Part shown: positions 12,072 to 24,882 of the stretch, one piece after another
How the letters are laid out: every line of letters starts with the position of its first letter
Position numbering within the stretch: position 1 is the first letter of the stretch
DNA from: Gekko japonicus
Taxonomy: Eukaryota
Length of the DNA: 63,986 nt
Reading direction: 5' to 3'
Assembly (NCBI RefSeq): GCF_001447785.1
Contig: NW_015170318.1
Location: 83,181-147,166, forward strand
Made by a program: the position numbers and the translations under genes
Notes under the pieces: generated by a model
What the model was told of the DNA's origin: nothing
Seen by the model: the letters and a program-made list of their open reading frames with translations, nothing else
Database searches by the model: none

Positions 12072-12988
12072 AGGACACTAGGAGCCCTCCCACTGTTGCC
12101 TGCCCCCCAGCACAGATCTCTGCACAATCTAAGGAAGCTACAGTTTAGGGTCCTGACAATGTTCCCTCTAAGCTGTGGAGTCTTGTGAGCAAAAATTCTA
12201 CTCTGTGACCTACTGACATTAAAGTTGTGAGCGAGCCATTTGGCTACCGCATAAATTAGTTTTCTCTGGCGCCGTCCCTCCTGAGCTGAGACCAACATGT
12301 GTGAGCTGGAGGCTAAAAAGCTGTGAGCCGGCTCACACTAACTCAGCTTAGAGGGAACACCGGTCCTGGTGTTAGGGGGGCCTCCGTACCAACGGCCCTC
12401 CCCCCCACTCCTAAAAAGTACCGAATGACCATGTTGTGGGTCATCCCAGGGGGCCTGTTAAACTTGACAACGATCTCAATCTGGCCCTGGGCATAGGAGT
12501 TTTGTCAGGGGGGGGGGGAGGGGGCCTTTTATTAGGACACTAGGAGCCCTCCCACTGTTGCCTGCCCCCCAGCACAGATCTCTGCACAATCTAAGGAAGC
12601 TACAGTTTAGGGTCCTGACAATGTTCCCTCTAAGCTGTGGAGTCTTGTGAGCAAAAATTCTACTCTGTGACCTACTGACATTAAAGTTGTGAGCGAGCCA
12701 TTTGGCTACCGCATAAATTAGTTTTCTCTGGCGCCGTCCCTCCTGGGCTGAGACCAACATGTGTGAGCTGGAGGCTAAAAAGCTGTGAGCCGGCTCACAC
12801 TAACTCAGCTTAGAGGGAACACCGGTCCTGGTGTTAGGGGGGCCTCCGTACCAACGGCCCTCCCCCCCACTCCTAAAAAGTACCGAATGACCATGTTGTG
12901 GGTCATCCCAGGGGGCCTGTTAAACTTGACAACGATCTCAATCTGGCCCTGGGCATAGGAGTTTTGTCAGGGGGGGGGGGAGAGGGCC
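12072..12988. repeat. Near-identical tandem duplication, period 462 bp
   Basis: Units start 12072 and 12534; very few differences. Confidence 0.92.
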
Positions 12989-13160
12989 CATTTGATTCCT
13001 TGCCCACTGCTCTCGCTCTCTCTCTCTCTCGTTTATGGTTGCCATCTTCCAGGTGGGGACCTGGAGTTCTCCCAGAATTCCCGCTGGTCTCCAGGCAACA
13101 GAGACCAGCCTCCCCGGAGAAAATAGCTGCTTTGGAGGGTGGACTCTACGGCCTTGTACC

Positions 13161-13466
13161 TATAAAGTACTGAGCTGATGCACGGAGGAGTGATTTCAGC
13201 TCATACTTTATGAGGCTGCAGGATAAGTAAAGACGCTTAGTCTGGCCCGAGGCCAGCTTTTATCCCCATAGCAAAGCACACCCACACCCCTGTGATACAT
13301 TATAGACAGGGCACTCGATTCCCATAGGTCCCTTTCCGAATCCTAGCCCTCTGATAGGTGTGTGCTAGGATCTGTTCGGGCTGTTGTCTCTGTGAGTGAA
13401 GCTTGGGCCCTTCGCATGGCCACGTGCGGACCCGACCGTGTGCACGGTCGTACATGGCATACGACA
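13161..13466. mobile_element. Solo LTR, 306 bp, in the gene 1 intron
   Basis: 5-bp TSD GTACC; TA(TG decayed)...CA ends; interrupts another repeat cleanly. Confidence 0.65.
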
Positions 13467-14182
13467 GTACCCCAGAGAGGTCTCTGCCCTCCCCAGGCTC
13501 CACCTCCAAATCTCCAGGAGCTGGCAACCTGACATCATGCTAGAATCTCTGGGGGGGACCCCTCCTGCATCCCCCCCCGCTGCCTCCCCCAGTAATGAAT
13601 CTATGAAGCTGCTCCGTGCAGAGTCAGGTGACCGATCCACCCCCCTCTGCATGGTCGACACTGACTGGCAATGCACGAGATAAAGAAATCAGGCTGCTCA
13701 GCTACTGAGATTCCAGGTTACGATGAGGACAGGTGCAGGACACAGGGTTGCCAGCTCCAGGTTGGGAAATTCCTGGAGACTCGGGGAGGGGGGGCTGGGG
13801 AGAAAAGGGACCTCCCTGGGGTACCGTGCCACAGAGTCCACCCTTAAAAGCAGCCGTCTTCTCCAGGCAGGGCCGGCTCCAGCTTATTTTGCACCCTACG
13901 CGACGATCCCTTCGGCCCCCCCCAATGCGCCCACCAATTTTCAAAAATAAATGCATTTTAGGAAGAATGAAAAACACAAATAATCAAGAAACTCCCAGAG
14001 TATGGGGCCAGGTGCAGTTTGGTGCCCCTAAGGGCCGTCCCGCTCTAGGCGATCGCCTAGTTCGCCTAGTGCGTGAGCCGGCCCTGTCTCCAGGGGGGTT
14101 GGTCTCTGCAGCCAGGAGATCAGTTGTGATTTCCCCAAACATCAAGAGCATCACTGACCCAGACAGATTGTTCCCTCTATAG

Positions 14183-14470
14183 CAGGGGTGACCAAACTTG
14201 CTTAACGTAAGAGCCACATAGAATAAACATCAGATGTTTGAGAGCCGCAAGACATGGAAAAATGTTACAGGTTTTTACTGGGAAATATGCACATTTGCTT
14301 TTTGTTAACATTAAATGAGACTGCCAGCAATAATAACAAAAGCAGTAAAAGCAGATGTTGGTAATGATATTTATTTGTCCAATGATCGTTTGTTTGCTAA
14401 TGATATTTAGCTTCCCCAGCCGCCCTGCCGGGAGACACACAATTGTCGAGCTACAGTTTGGCCACCCCTG
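14183..14470. mobile_element. hAT-Charlie-like non-autonomous element (related 28331-28627)
   Basis: CAGGGGTG...CACCCCTG TIRs; TSD ctctatag/ctcaatag; second copy ctctagag/ctctaaag. Confidence 0.78.
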
Positions 14471-14786
14471 CTCAATAGCTTGTGGCTCATAGTCACTAAT
14501 GGACCTCTGCCCCATATGTTTATCCAATTCCCCCTTGAAGCTGTCTATGCTCATAGCTGCCACCACTTCCTGCAGCAGTGAATTCCACACGTTAATGACT
14601 CGTTGGGTGAAGAAGTACTTCCTTTTATCTGTTCTACGCCTACGGCTCATTAATTTCATGGAGTGCCCACAAGTTCTTGGATTGTGAGAAGGGGAGAAAA
14701 GGACTTCTTTCTCCGCCTTCTCTAGCCTCTCAGTCGCCCACGAGTGCAGCCTCTTTGGAAACGGGACATGATGGCTCTAAACTCAC

Positions 14787-14875
14787 CCAATCTTCGTGCT
14801 CTTGGCTTCCTCCTAGAAGGACTGCTGAGGCTCCCCGTCTCGGGCCTGGCTGCCTTCCAGGGCTCCTGTTATATA
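14787..14875 (-). promoter_or_regulatory. TATA box and non-coding exon 1 of gene 1
   Basis: TATATAA 14875-14869; donor TTGG|GTGAGT at 14786; predicts intron 14786-11431, the canonical two-exon RNase A gene layout. Confidence 0.7.
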
Positions 14876-15189
14876 TGGCCAGCCAGCACTCAGCGGTGGT
14901 GGAGAGGAAGAACTTCAGCCCCGGTTTAGTAACCCTGCATGTAGCAACCTTCTGAAGGTGGCGCTGGGTGGTCTGAATAAAATATAACAAGAGAAAAATG
15001 CTCAGCCCTTGCTCCTAAAGGGTTGCCAATTCCAGATTGGGGGAATTCTGGAGATTTGAAAGGGGAACCTGGGAAGGGGGGAATTTGGGGAAGGATTTCA
15101 CCCTACCTACGTATCAGGGCCGAAACCAAATTTGCACCAAGCTCCCCTGGGGCAGAGGCCCCAGAACCCGATCCTCAGAGGGCTGCTTG

Positions 15190-18100
15190 CTTCAGTCACA
15201 CTTCTTCACCACCAGGATCTGCTTCTGGTCTCAGACCACAGCAGAAGCAGACACATTTTTAACAAGAGCTGTCTGAAATTGCTACCTGCCAGGACCACAA
15301 TCTCCCTGTTTCCTGGGATATCGACAGTTTGAACATGCAGATCCATTCTACCACTAGGGAGGTGTTTTTTAAAAAAATCGCCTGTATATGCATGCATGCA
15401 CATGCGCACTTATGCATGTGCATGAATTTTGAACCTTTTGCAGTGTGTTCCATGGCTGAGGTGCTGCAATGATGTGGATGCTTGACCACTGGATGTCTCC
15501 ATGAGTAACCTGCAGCGGGGTGTGCTGTGTGGCGGATATGCCCCGCAACACTTTAAACCAGTTCAGTTAGAGGTGGCACCGTATCGCGCCAAACTGCCAG
15601 TCTGAACGCAACCATGATTAGATGTGACATATTGAAGCCAGACTGAAACTTTATGAAAACTTTCACCTTGTTTCCTTAACCCAAAGGGAGCAAAAGCTAA
15701 CAGCTAACAGCTGGTTTTGGATAGATTGTCAGTCAAAAATGCTACCTGTCAGAGAATCTGCCTGTCCCTGGTGGCAGGAACCTGGAGAAGCACCGCTGAG
15801 AACGTCTCCACCTCATCTCTCCCTCAGGCACTGGAGAGTCATTCCCAGCAAGAATAGGCCAGTGACTAAGCCGAAGGAAGACGCAAATGCTCACGTTACA
15901 CACATTCCACTGGGATCCCAGGGCTGGATTGGGCCCCTGAAGTAATTTGGTGGCCTTACCAATTATTACCCAAAGCATGGTAAAAAGTTTGCCCACAGTC
16001 GAAGAACAGAATAAGAGAAGAACAAAGTTTGAGTTCAGTGGCACCTGTAAGACCAGCAAAGTTTCATTCAAAGGTATGAGCTTTTGTGTGCACACACTTC
16101 CTCAGATGCATTGGAGTGGAAGCTAAGGGTTCACTGATATACGTAGAGCGTGAACAGCAAATCAGCATACAGCATAGTGACAATGTCTTAGCAGATGCAG
16201 AAAACTAAACAGGAATAACAAGTTACGTTTATGTGGTCACCATTTGTTGGGATCTAATTACAGGCAAAACACAGTGAACATGTCAAAACAGGAGACTGAT
16301 GGTATAAAAGGATCCTTCTTAATTGTGGGGTGCTAAGAATCATTAACTGAGACCAAGTTGTTATGCTCCATTTCCTCTTAAGCATGGATGGAGGTAAAAA
16401 AGAAGGTTCTTAGACCCGCTTTTCTCCTACCCAAAGGAGTCTCAAAGCACCTTATAATCTCCTTCCCTTCCTCTCTCAACACCTTGTGAGTCAGGTGGGG
16501 CTGAGAGAGCTCTAAAAGAGCTGTGACTGGCCCAAGGCCACCCAGCAGGCCTCATGTGTCTCAAAGCAGCAGTTCATAATCTCCTTCCCTTCCTCTCTCC
16601 ACAACTGGCACCTTGTGAGGCAGGTGGGGCTGAGTGAGAGAGCTGTGACTGGCTCCACCTCCAAAGTCTCCAGTTATTTTCCAACCCAGACATGGCAACC
16701 CTAGTGGATCCAGGAGAGGGCGGGGTTTGGGGAGGGGAGGGGCCTCGGCATGGCACAATGCCATACAGAGTCCACCCTTCAAAGCAGCCGTTTTCTCCAG
16801 GGGAGCTGATCTCTGTCAGCTGGGGATCAGCCGTAAAAGCGGGAGATCCCCAGGCCCCACCTGGAAGCTGGCAACCCTATCTCCAGGGGACCTTCACCTT
16901 ATCACTGCAGTATGCAGGTCAGCTGCAATTCCAGGACATCTCCAGGCCCCACAAAATTGCTACCTGCCAGGACCGCAATCTCGCTGTTTCCTGGGATATC
17001 AACAGTCTGAACATGCAGACCCATTCTACCACTAGGGAGGGTTTTAAAAAAAATCACCTGTATGTGCATGAATACCTATGCGCACTTATGCATGTGCATG
17101 AATTTTGAACCTTTTGCAGTGCGCCCCATGGCTGAGGTGCTGCAATAATGTGGATGCTTGACCACCGGATGTCTCCATGGGTAACCCGCAGCAGGGTGTG
17201 CTGTGTGGCGGATATGCCCCGCAACACTTTAAACCAGTTCAGTTAGAGGTGGCACCGTATCGCGCCAAACTGCCAGTCTGAACGCAACCATGATTAGATG
17301 TGACATATTGAAGCAAGACTGAAACTTTATGAAAACTTTCACCTTGTTTCCTTAACCCAAAGGGAGCAAAAGCTAACAGCTGGTTTTTGATAGATTGTCT
17401 GTCAAAAATGCTACCTGTCAGAGAATCTTTCTATCTTTCTGTCTATCCATGGTGGCAGGAACCTGGAGAAGCACAGCTGAGACTGTCTCCACCTCATCTC
17501 TCCCTCAGGCACTGGAGAGCAACTCCCAGCAAGAGTAGGCCAGTGACTAAGCCGAAGGAAGACGCAAATGCTTACGTTACACGCATTCCACTGGGATCCC
17601 AGGGCTGGATTGGGCCCCTGAAGTAATTGGTGCCCTTACCAATTATTACCCAAAGCATGGTAAAACGTTTGCCCACAGTTGGAAGAAGAACAGAATAAGA
17701 GAAGAACAAAGTTTGAGTTCAGTGGCACCTGAAAGACCAACAAAGTTTTATTCAAAGGGCTTTGGTGTGGACACACCCTTCCGCAGATGCATTGGAATGG
17801 AAGGTAAGGGTCCACTGATCTACGTAGAGCGTGGACAGCAAATTAGCATACAGCATAGTAACAATGTTTTAAAAGATGCAGAACACTAAACAGGAATAAC
17901 AAGTTACGTTTATGTGGTCACCATTTGTTTGGATTTAATTACGGGCAAAACACAGTGAACATGTCAAAACAGGAGACTGATGGTATAAAAGTTTCCTTCT
18001 TAATTGTTGGGTGATAAGAATAATTAACTGAGACCAAGTTGTTATGCTCCATTTGTTTCCTCTTAAGCATGGATGGAGGTAAGAAAGAAGGTTCTTAGAC

Positions 18101-18250
18101 CTGTTTTTTTCCTACCCGAAAGAGTCTCAAAGCAGTTCATAATCTCCTTCCCTTCCTCTCTCAACACCTTGTGAGGCAGGTGGGGCTGAGAGAGCTGTGA
18201 GAGAGCTGTGACTGGCCCAAGGCCACCCAGCAGGCCTCATGTGTCTCAAA
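15190..18250. repeat. Tandem segmental duplication, period ~1.68 kb, moderately diverged
   Basis: Anchors 15281/16959, 15568/17243, 15912/17593. Confidence 0.92.
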
Positions 18251-18600
18251 GCAGTTCATAATCTCCTTCCCTTCCTCTCTCAACACCTTGTGAGGCAGGT
18301 GGGGCTGAGAGAGCTCTGAGAGAGCTGTGACTGGCCCAAGGCCACCCAGCAGGCCTCATGTGTCTCAAAGCAGTTCATAATCTCCTTCCCTTCCTCTCTC
18401 AACACCTTGTGAGGCAGGTTGGGCTGAGAGAGCTCTGAGAGAGCTGTGACTGGCCCAAGGCCACCCAGCAGGCCTCATGTGTCTCAAAGCAGATCATAAT
18501 CTCCTTCCCTTCCTCTCTCCACAACTGGCACCTTGTGAGTCAGATGCAGCTGAGAGAACCCTGAGAGAGCTGTGACTGGCCCAAGGTCACCCAGCAGGCT
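18124..18600. repeat. SINE-derived minisatellite, 119-bp unit x ~4
   Basis: gtctcaaagcag starts at 18124, 18243, 18362, 18481. Confidence 0.92.
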
Positions 18601-19372
18601 TCCGGTGGAGGAGGAGTGGGGGATCAAACCTGGTTCTCCAGGTTAGAGTCTGCCACTCTTAAACACTATACTTATACCACTACACAATTATATGAAAAAG
18701 ACAAATGCCTTCTAGTGGTTAAAAAAAGAGAGAGAGTCTATATTTTCATTTACTGCTCTCTTTTCCGTTTTGTGGGTAATGATTTATGTAGCCTGTGGTA
18801 GCCTAGGGCTGCCAACATCCAGGTAGGGTCTGGATATCTCCCAAAATCACAACCGCTCTCCAAAGAAGACTTCCTGTGGAGAAAATGGCTGCTTCAGTGA
18901 GTGAACTTCATGGAATTCTACCCTGCTGAGGTCCCTCCACCCCTAAATCTCCAGGAATTGCCCAGCACAGAACTGACAACCGTAACTTAGCCACTAGAAA
19001 ACCCTCAGTGTGTTACAGAGTCCATCCAAACGCCAACAGGATCATCTTCTCCAGGGGACCTTCACCTTCTCACGGCAGTCTGGAGATTGGCTCTAATTCC
19101 AGATCTCCAGGCCCCACCTGGAGGCTGGCAACCCCAGTACCCTCTGAAATGTGCTTGCAAGTTACAGCTATATACAGCCATTTTAAAAAACCCTTTTGTG
19201 TATAACTTTGTTGAGGAGGATCATTTTACATTCAGGGTCATCTTCCTTTTAAAATAATACAGATAATTCATTTTTCTTTGGCTTTCTTTCCTTTGGGTTG
19301 GCGAAAGAGCCCAAGCAGCAGTCAGTCTGAGGTAATCTGAGGCCGTTGAATGCCGAAGGCCATGGTTTGCAC

Positions 19373-19578
19373 CAGTGCTCCCTCTAAGCTGAGTTAGTGT
19401 GAGCTAGCTCACAGTTTCTTAGCCTCCGGCTCACACATTTTTGTCTCGGCTCAGGAAGGAGGGCTCCAGAGCAAACTAAGTTATGCAGCAGCCAAATCGC
19501 TCGCTCACAACTTTAATGCCAGCAGCTCACAAAGTAGAATTTTTGCTCACCAGACTCCGCAGCTTAGAGGGAACATTG
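19373..19578. mobile_element. 206-bp hAT-type MITE (reference copy); about 16 copies incl. 1-174, 9297-9782, 12157-12362, 12619-12824, 20290-20487, 21484-21689, 23066-23264, 27690-27843, 28094-28299, 33522-33710, 38384-38589, 40803-41007, 41836-42041, 47932-48122, 63796-63986
   Basis: TIR CAGTGTTCCCTCTAAGCTG; 8-bp TSDs GTTTGCAC, CTTGTGGC, CTTATGAC, CTCTCAGC, CAGCAGGG. Confidence 0.9.
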
Positions 19579-20885
19579 GTTTGCACATCCTCTGGCCACG
19601 GGGTCCCCAACAGGTCCAGGCTTTCACGGGAAGCTTCCCACAGAGGACGTGTCACAACCACGCTGGGCTAATCCTTCCCCGTTTCCTGACCTGCCACTTG
19701 AACAACTACAGAAGGCCTTCTCTAACCGGCTCTTGCGACCTTCTCCTGTTGGGTACCTAAACCACCAACTGCCCTGAGTTGGGACACACAAGGAGTTCCC
19801 CGAATTAGGGGTTACAAAAAAGTGTGGTTCTTCTTTGATTAGACCCTTGGCCTACTTCTCTCTCAGTTTAGGCTCAAATGGCATGCCATCAAGAATAGCT
19901 TTCATGTGTTCCAGCACAGACCAAGGAAGACCAGGTCATGGCATGAAGGCAGGCCATGGCGAACCACCTCTGAACGTCTCTTGCCTTGAAGATCCTACCG
20001 GGTCGCCTGCCTCCACATCGCAACCCTGGACTTCCTTCAGGGCCTCCCATTCAAACACTAACCAGGGCTGACTCTGCTTGGCTTCCAGGAGCTGACAAGA
20101 CTGGCCTAGCCTGGCCCATCCAGGTCAGGGCAAATAAGTGAGCACAGTCCATAAGCAGTGTAAGAGAGAAGAGCCAGGGCTGCACTACACCCTGCAGCGG
20201 GGAAGGATTCACTGGGGTGTCTGATGAAAGGACAGGCACGGGGTGTTGAGCAGAGAGGTTCCTGAANNNNNNNNNNNNNNNNNNGGGAAAGAGAAGCTGA
20301 GTGAGTGTGAGCTAGCTCACAGCTTTTTAGCTTCCAGCTCACGGATTTCTGTCTTAGCTCAGGAAGGGATGGTTCCAGAGCAAACCAATTTATACAGTAG
20401 CCAAATCGCTCGCTCACACCTTTAATGCCAGTAGCTCACAAAGTAGCACTTTTGCTCACAAGATTCCACAGCTTAGAGGGAGCATTGCCCAACAGGCCCA
20501 TGCTTTCACGGGAAGCTTCCCACAGAGGCCGTGTCACAACCACGCTGGGCTAATCCTTCCCCATTTCCTGACCTTCCTCTTGAACAACTATAGGAAGCCT
20601 TCCCTAACCTGCTCTTGCAACCTTCTCCTGTTGGGTACCTAAACCACCAACTGACCTGAGTTGGGACACACACGGAGTTCCCCAAATTAGGGGTTACGAA
20701 AGGTGTGGTTCCTCTTTAGTAAGACCCTTGGCTTACTTCTTTCTCAGTTTAGGCTCGATTATGGCCTGTCATCGAGAATATCTTTAATTTGTTCCAGCAC
20801 AGACCAAGGAAGACCAGGGGTGTGACGTGGAGGCAGGCCATGGCGAACCACCTCTGAATGTCTCCTGCCTTGAAAAACCTACCAG
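19373..20885. repeat. Two tandem copies of a block paralogous to window start 1-1280; partial further copy ~22020-22525
   Basis: Shared cccaacaggtcc...gggttac...ttgccttgaa sequence at ~175-560, 19605-20267 and 20488-20885. Confidence 0.9.
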
Positions 20886-21271
20886 GTAAGTGAACTGTGA
20901 CTTGACGGCAACCACCACAACAAAGCGTAGGTGGCCTCTGTAGGGTCACCAGCACCCAGGTGGCGCTGGAGATTCCCTGGAATTACAAGTGAGTTCCAGA
21001 GGACAAAGATCAAACTACAGATCTCCAGGCCCACAGGGGTCAGTTCCCCTGGAGGAAAATGGCTGCTTAAGAGGGTGGACTCTAGGGCATCGCACCTTGT
21101 GGAGGTCCCTCCCTTCCCCAAACCCTGCCCTCCCCAGGCTCCACCCCCAAATTTCCTGGAATTTCCCATCTCAGAGCTGGCAAGTCTGGGCCTCAGAAGC
21201 TCTTATGCTTGAAAAAATGACCAGTAAAGGCAACCACAGGGCTTGGCTGGAGGGCATTCGAAGCAGACCAT

Positions 21272-21822
21272 CATAAGAACATAAGAGATGCCAATGTTGG
21301 ATCAGGCCAAAGGCCCATCCAGTCCAACACTCTGTGTCACACAGTGGCCAAAAATACCAGGTGCCATCAGGAGGTCCACCAGTAGGGCCAGGACATTAGA
21401 AGCCCTCCCACTGTTGATCCCCCCCCAAGCACCAAGAAGACAGAACATCACTTGCCCCAGAGCCCCTATCTATACCTTGTGGCCAACGTTCCCTCTAAGC
21501 TGTCGAGTCTTGTGAGCAAAAATTCTATTTTGTGAGCTACTGGCATTAAAGTTGTGAGCGAGCAATTTGGCTACTGCATAAATTTGTCTGCTCTGGACCC
21601 ATCCTTCCTGAGCTAAGACAAAAATGTGTGAGCTGGAGGCTAAAAATCTGTGAGCTAGCTCACACTAACTCAGCTTAGAGGGAACACTGCTTGTGGCTAA
21701 TAGCCACTGATGGACCTCTGCTCCGTATGCTTATCTAGTTCCCTTTTGAAGCCGTCCATGCTCGTAGCCGCCACCACTTCCTCTGGCAGTGAATTCCATG
21801 TGTGAATCACTCTTTGGGTGAA
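21272..21822 (-). mobile_element. CR1 LINE 3' end with a nested hAT MITE
   Basis: cataagaacataaga tail, CR1 3' UTR and end of RT. Confidence 0.8.
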
Positions 21823-23569
21823 GCTAAGCAGGGCTCAGTCTAGTCAGCGCCTAGGTGGGGGGGGATCTCCTGGGATCCCAAAGGAGTCTGCCTTTAGGGA
21901 GATCCGTGAGGGAAGAAAGGCAGGAAATAAGTAAATAAACGGTGGTGGGAAGTGTAATCAAGTCACAGCTGACTTATGGAGACCCCAGAGAGTTTTGAAA
22001 GCAAGAGACACTCGGAGATGGTTGGCCATGGCCTGCCTCCACATCGCAACCCTGGACTTCCTCGATGGTCTCCCTTCCAAGCACTAACCAGGACTGACCC
22101 TGCTTAGCTTCCAGGAGCTGACAAGATGGGGCTAGCCTGGCCCAGCCAGATCAGGGCAAATAAGTGAACAGAGTTCATAAGCAGTGAATGGCTGCGGTCA
22201 CACACACTCAAGAATCCACTTTCAATTCATTTTCAGTGCACTTTCGAATTGTATTTTGCCCGTTCACACCGTAAAAACCCAGTTGGAAAGTGCATTGAAA
22301 GGGGATTGAAAGGGGATCATTTAGTGTGTGACGGGTTGAACTATGGCCTGCAGAGGGGAAGGAGTCATTGGAGAGTCTGATGAAAGGACAGGCACCTGGT
22401 GTTGACCGGAGAGGCACCTGAAAGGTTCATTGTGTGGTACCTGTGCGCCTTGAGGGAGAGGGAACTGTGAACAGTGCCCGCCCCCAGCATAAAATACAAG
22501 AATCAGTGCTGTGGGTTGGAGGAGAAATCTCAGATCCCTACACTGTCATGGATTCTGGCTGGGTGACCTTGTGGTACTCACACACCCCTGCCTCACAGGG
22601 TCGTTGTGAAGAACAATGGTGAGGAGAACGATGCAAGCCTCCCTGAGACCCCTTCGGGGAGAAAGGAAAGGTACTAAGAAACAACCAAATGTGTCTAGCT
22701 TAAGCACTAAGCACTGTGACCCTTTAGAAAGCGGCAGCAGCAGGTGAGGCCGCTCACTTGTCAGGAGAAAAGTGCCACGTCTAACAGGTTTAATATGCAG
22801 AGATGGGCAGAGGCAAATAACAGTCCCATGGTATTTGCTGCAGATCAAATGGATATTACAGGGATAGCTAGAGCTTGTTTAAATGTTGTTTAAATGTTGG
22901 TGAGCCCAGCAGCTGAGGAGACAGATCTTGACTATGGCTGCGGTCACGCACACTCAATAACGCTCTTTCCATCCACTTTCGTTGCACTTTTGCAACTGGG
23001 CTTTACTGTGCGAAATGGCAAAATCCACTTGCAAGCGGTCGCTATAAACCAGCGCCTCTTATGACCCATGCTCCCTCTAAGCTGCTGAGTCTTGTGAGCA
23101 AAAATTCTACTTGGTGAGCTACTGGCACTAATGTTGTGAGCGAGTGATTTGGCTACTGCATAAATGAGTTTGCTCTGGAGCCATCCTTCCTGAGCAAAAT
23201 GTGTGAGCCGGAGGCTAAAAAACTGTGAGCTAGCTCACACTAACTCAGCTTAGAGGGAACACTGCTTATGACTGACCAGACCACCTTTATTCTTGGCTGG
23301 GTCTCAAGGTGGCTTGCGGGAATTCCTCAACGGGCTCCTAGCCAGGCACTGACGAGACCCAGGCCTGCTTGGCTTCACACGGTTATTGTACCCTCCCTGT
23401 GATCATTCCCTGGTTAGAAACAGTCCCAGAGGGGTAGGTGGCTACCCACCTGGATCTAAAATCCATGAAACCTTATACTAGAATTAAAAACTTGCTAGCC
23501 TTTTAAAGTGCTCTAAAAATCATCTTTAATTTTGTTGCTGATGTAACATCGATGTCCCCTTCCCTGCTA

Positions 23570-24042
23570 AAGGGAAATTCATTCTTTAGATGAATTTCCC
23601 ACGGCTTGGGCATTCTGTCATTGGGAAGTCCACGAAGCTCTGTCTGCCTCCCTAAAGGATCAAATGAAATGGCTTTGTCAAGAGAAGGTTTCCCAGTGAA
23701 GGCCATGGAGACTCCAGGCTGTTATTTCAAAGTTCCCTGTGCAGATCCCACACAGAGAAACATATATGGAGCACAACACATTTGTGTAAGAGAGAGGAGG
23801 GCCGTACTTTGGAGGTGGCCGTTTCAGATCTGTGTCTGTTGGGAAAGCAGCATGGAAAGTGGACAACAGGGATCTCCTTTCTGGAAAACCCATTTGAGGA
23901 CAATCCATAGATTTCTGCCCAGCAACCAGTGAGGAGTATTTTCGCAAACTTTTTAATTGGCTCAAAAAGCAAAAGAAAGCTGAGCAGCAACAGCCAGATC
24001 TGCCGGGAGTCTGATTGTTCCGGGGCCCAAGAAAAGGTGGGT
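23570..24042 (+). promoter_or_regulatory. Candidate promoter and non-coding exon 1 of gene 2
   Basis: Non-repetitive-looking island; inverted kappaB-like pair 23572-23600; C/EBP-like TTTCGCAA 23940-23947; donor AAG|GTGGGT at 24037; no clear TATA. Confidence 0.4.
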
Positions 24043-24522
24043 TTCTCTTGACCCCTTTATGTTATCCTTTCTGTTATTGTCGCTTTTCCCGATTATTTGG
24101 GAGAGATTTTCCTTCTGTCTTCCATCCTTGTCTGTGATTATTTTTCAGTAGCCAAGAAAACACGCTTCTTCTCTCCTGACACGCCCAAGCTGACTTTGTG
24201 CCCCAACAGAAACCAGAATAGATTTACTGCTTCTGCCACAAGATGATGTAAACGGCAGACTTTCAGAGAGCTTGGGGGCCAAAATGAAATAGCGAGCACA
24301 TAAATAAAACCCAGATGTCGCCTCTGGTCCTTTTAACAGAAGTGCAGGGCGGAGAAACTGAAGACGGCAGAAAGTTGGGGAGACATTTTATGGCACAGTG
24401 CTGAAGTGTAACACTTCCTCGTTGTTATGGGGGAATGGCTATGAAGGGATAGCTACAGGGACTGGTCCACAGTTTGCAACCCTCCGCACTCGCTTCAGGA
24501 CCCCCTGCTTCCTGTACAGCAC

Positions 24523-24801
24523 TGTTATGTCCGCAGACCCCCACCAGGGGCCAGCGAATACCCCAGAGCTTGACTCTGTAAGAACAATGGGGACGAGGCT
24601 CCTAGTCTCTCCAGTTGGGAACGAATAGGACCGTGGCGGGAGATTTAAACCCACCAACGGGACCTAGGGGGGCGTCCCCAGGTGTGTATATAGTTGGCCA
24701 GCCGGCCATTAGTCTTTGTCTTTTGTTGTGTACCAGTAAACCATGCTGATCACTACATCGGTCTCCGTGGTTTCTACATGCGTCTAACCCACTACACTTC
24801 A
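24523..24801 (+). mobile_element. Solo LTR, 279 bp
   Basis: TG...CA; 5-bp TSD AGCAC; TATATA ~24687; AGTAAA ~24735. Confidence 0.8.
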
Positions 24802-24882
24802 AGCACCAAGAACACGGTGTTACTTGACTTGAAGACAAACCAGATGAGACACAGGGAACAGATCTCCAGTGTTGTTGCCATG

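Larger units (their letters stand above)
11953..14720 (-). mobile_element. CR1 LINE 3' end fragmented by nested insertions (pieces ~11953-12110, 14140-14182, 14471-14720) in the gene 1 intron
   Basis: RKYFFTQRVINVWNSL...FKGELDKHM (CR1 RT end); pieces are colinear with the less interrupted copy at 21272-21822. Confidence 0.8.

Noticed and set aside
18124-18600. CRISPR-like regular array
   Set aside because: Eukaryotic DNA; identical 119-bp units with no unique spacers.
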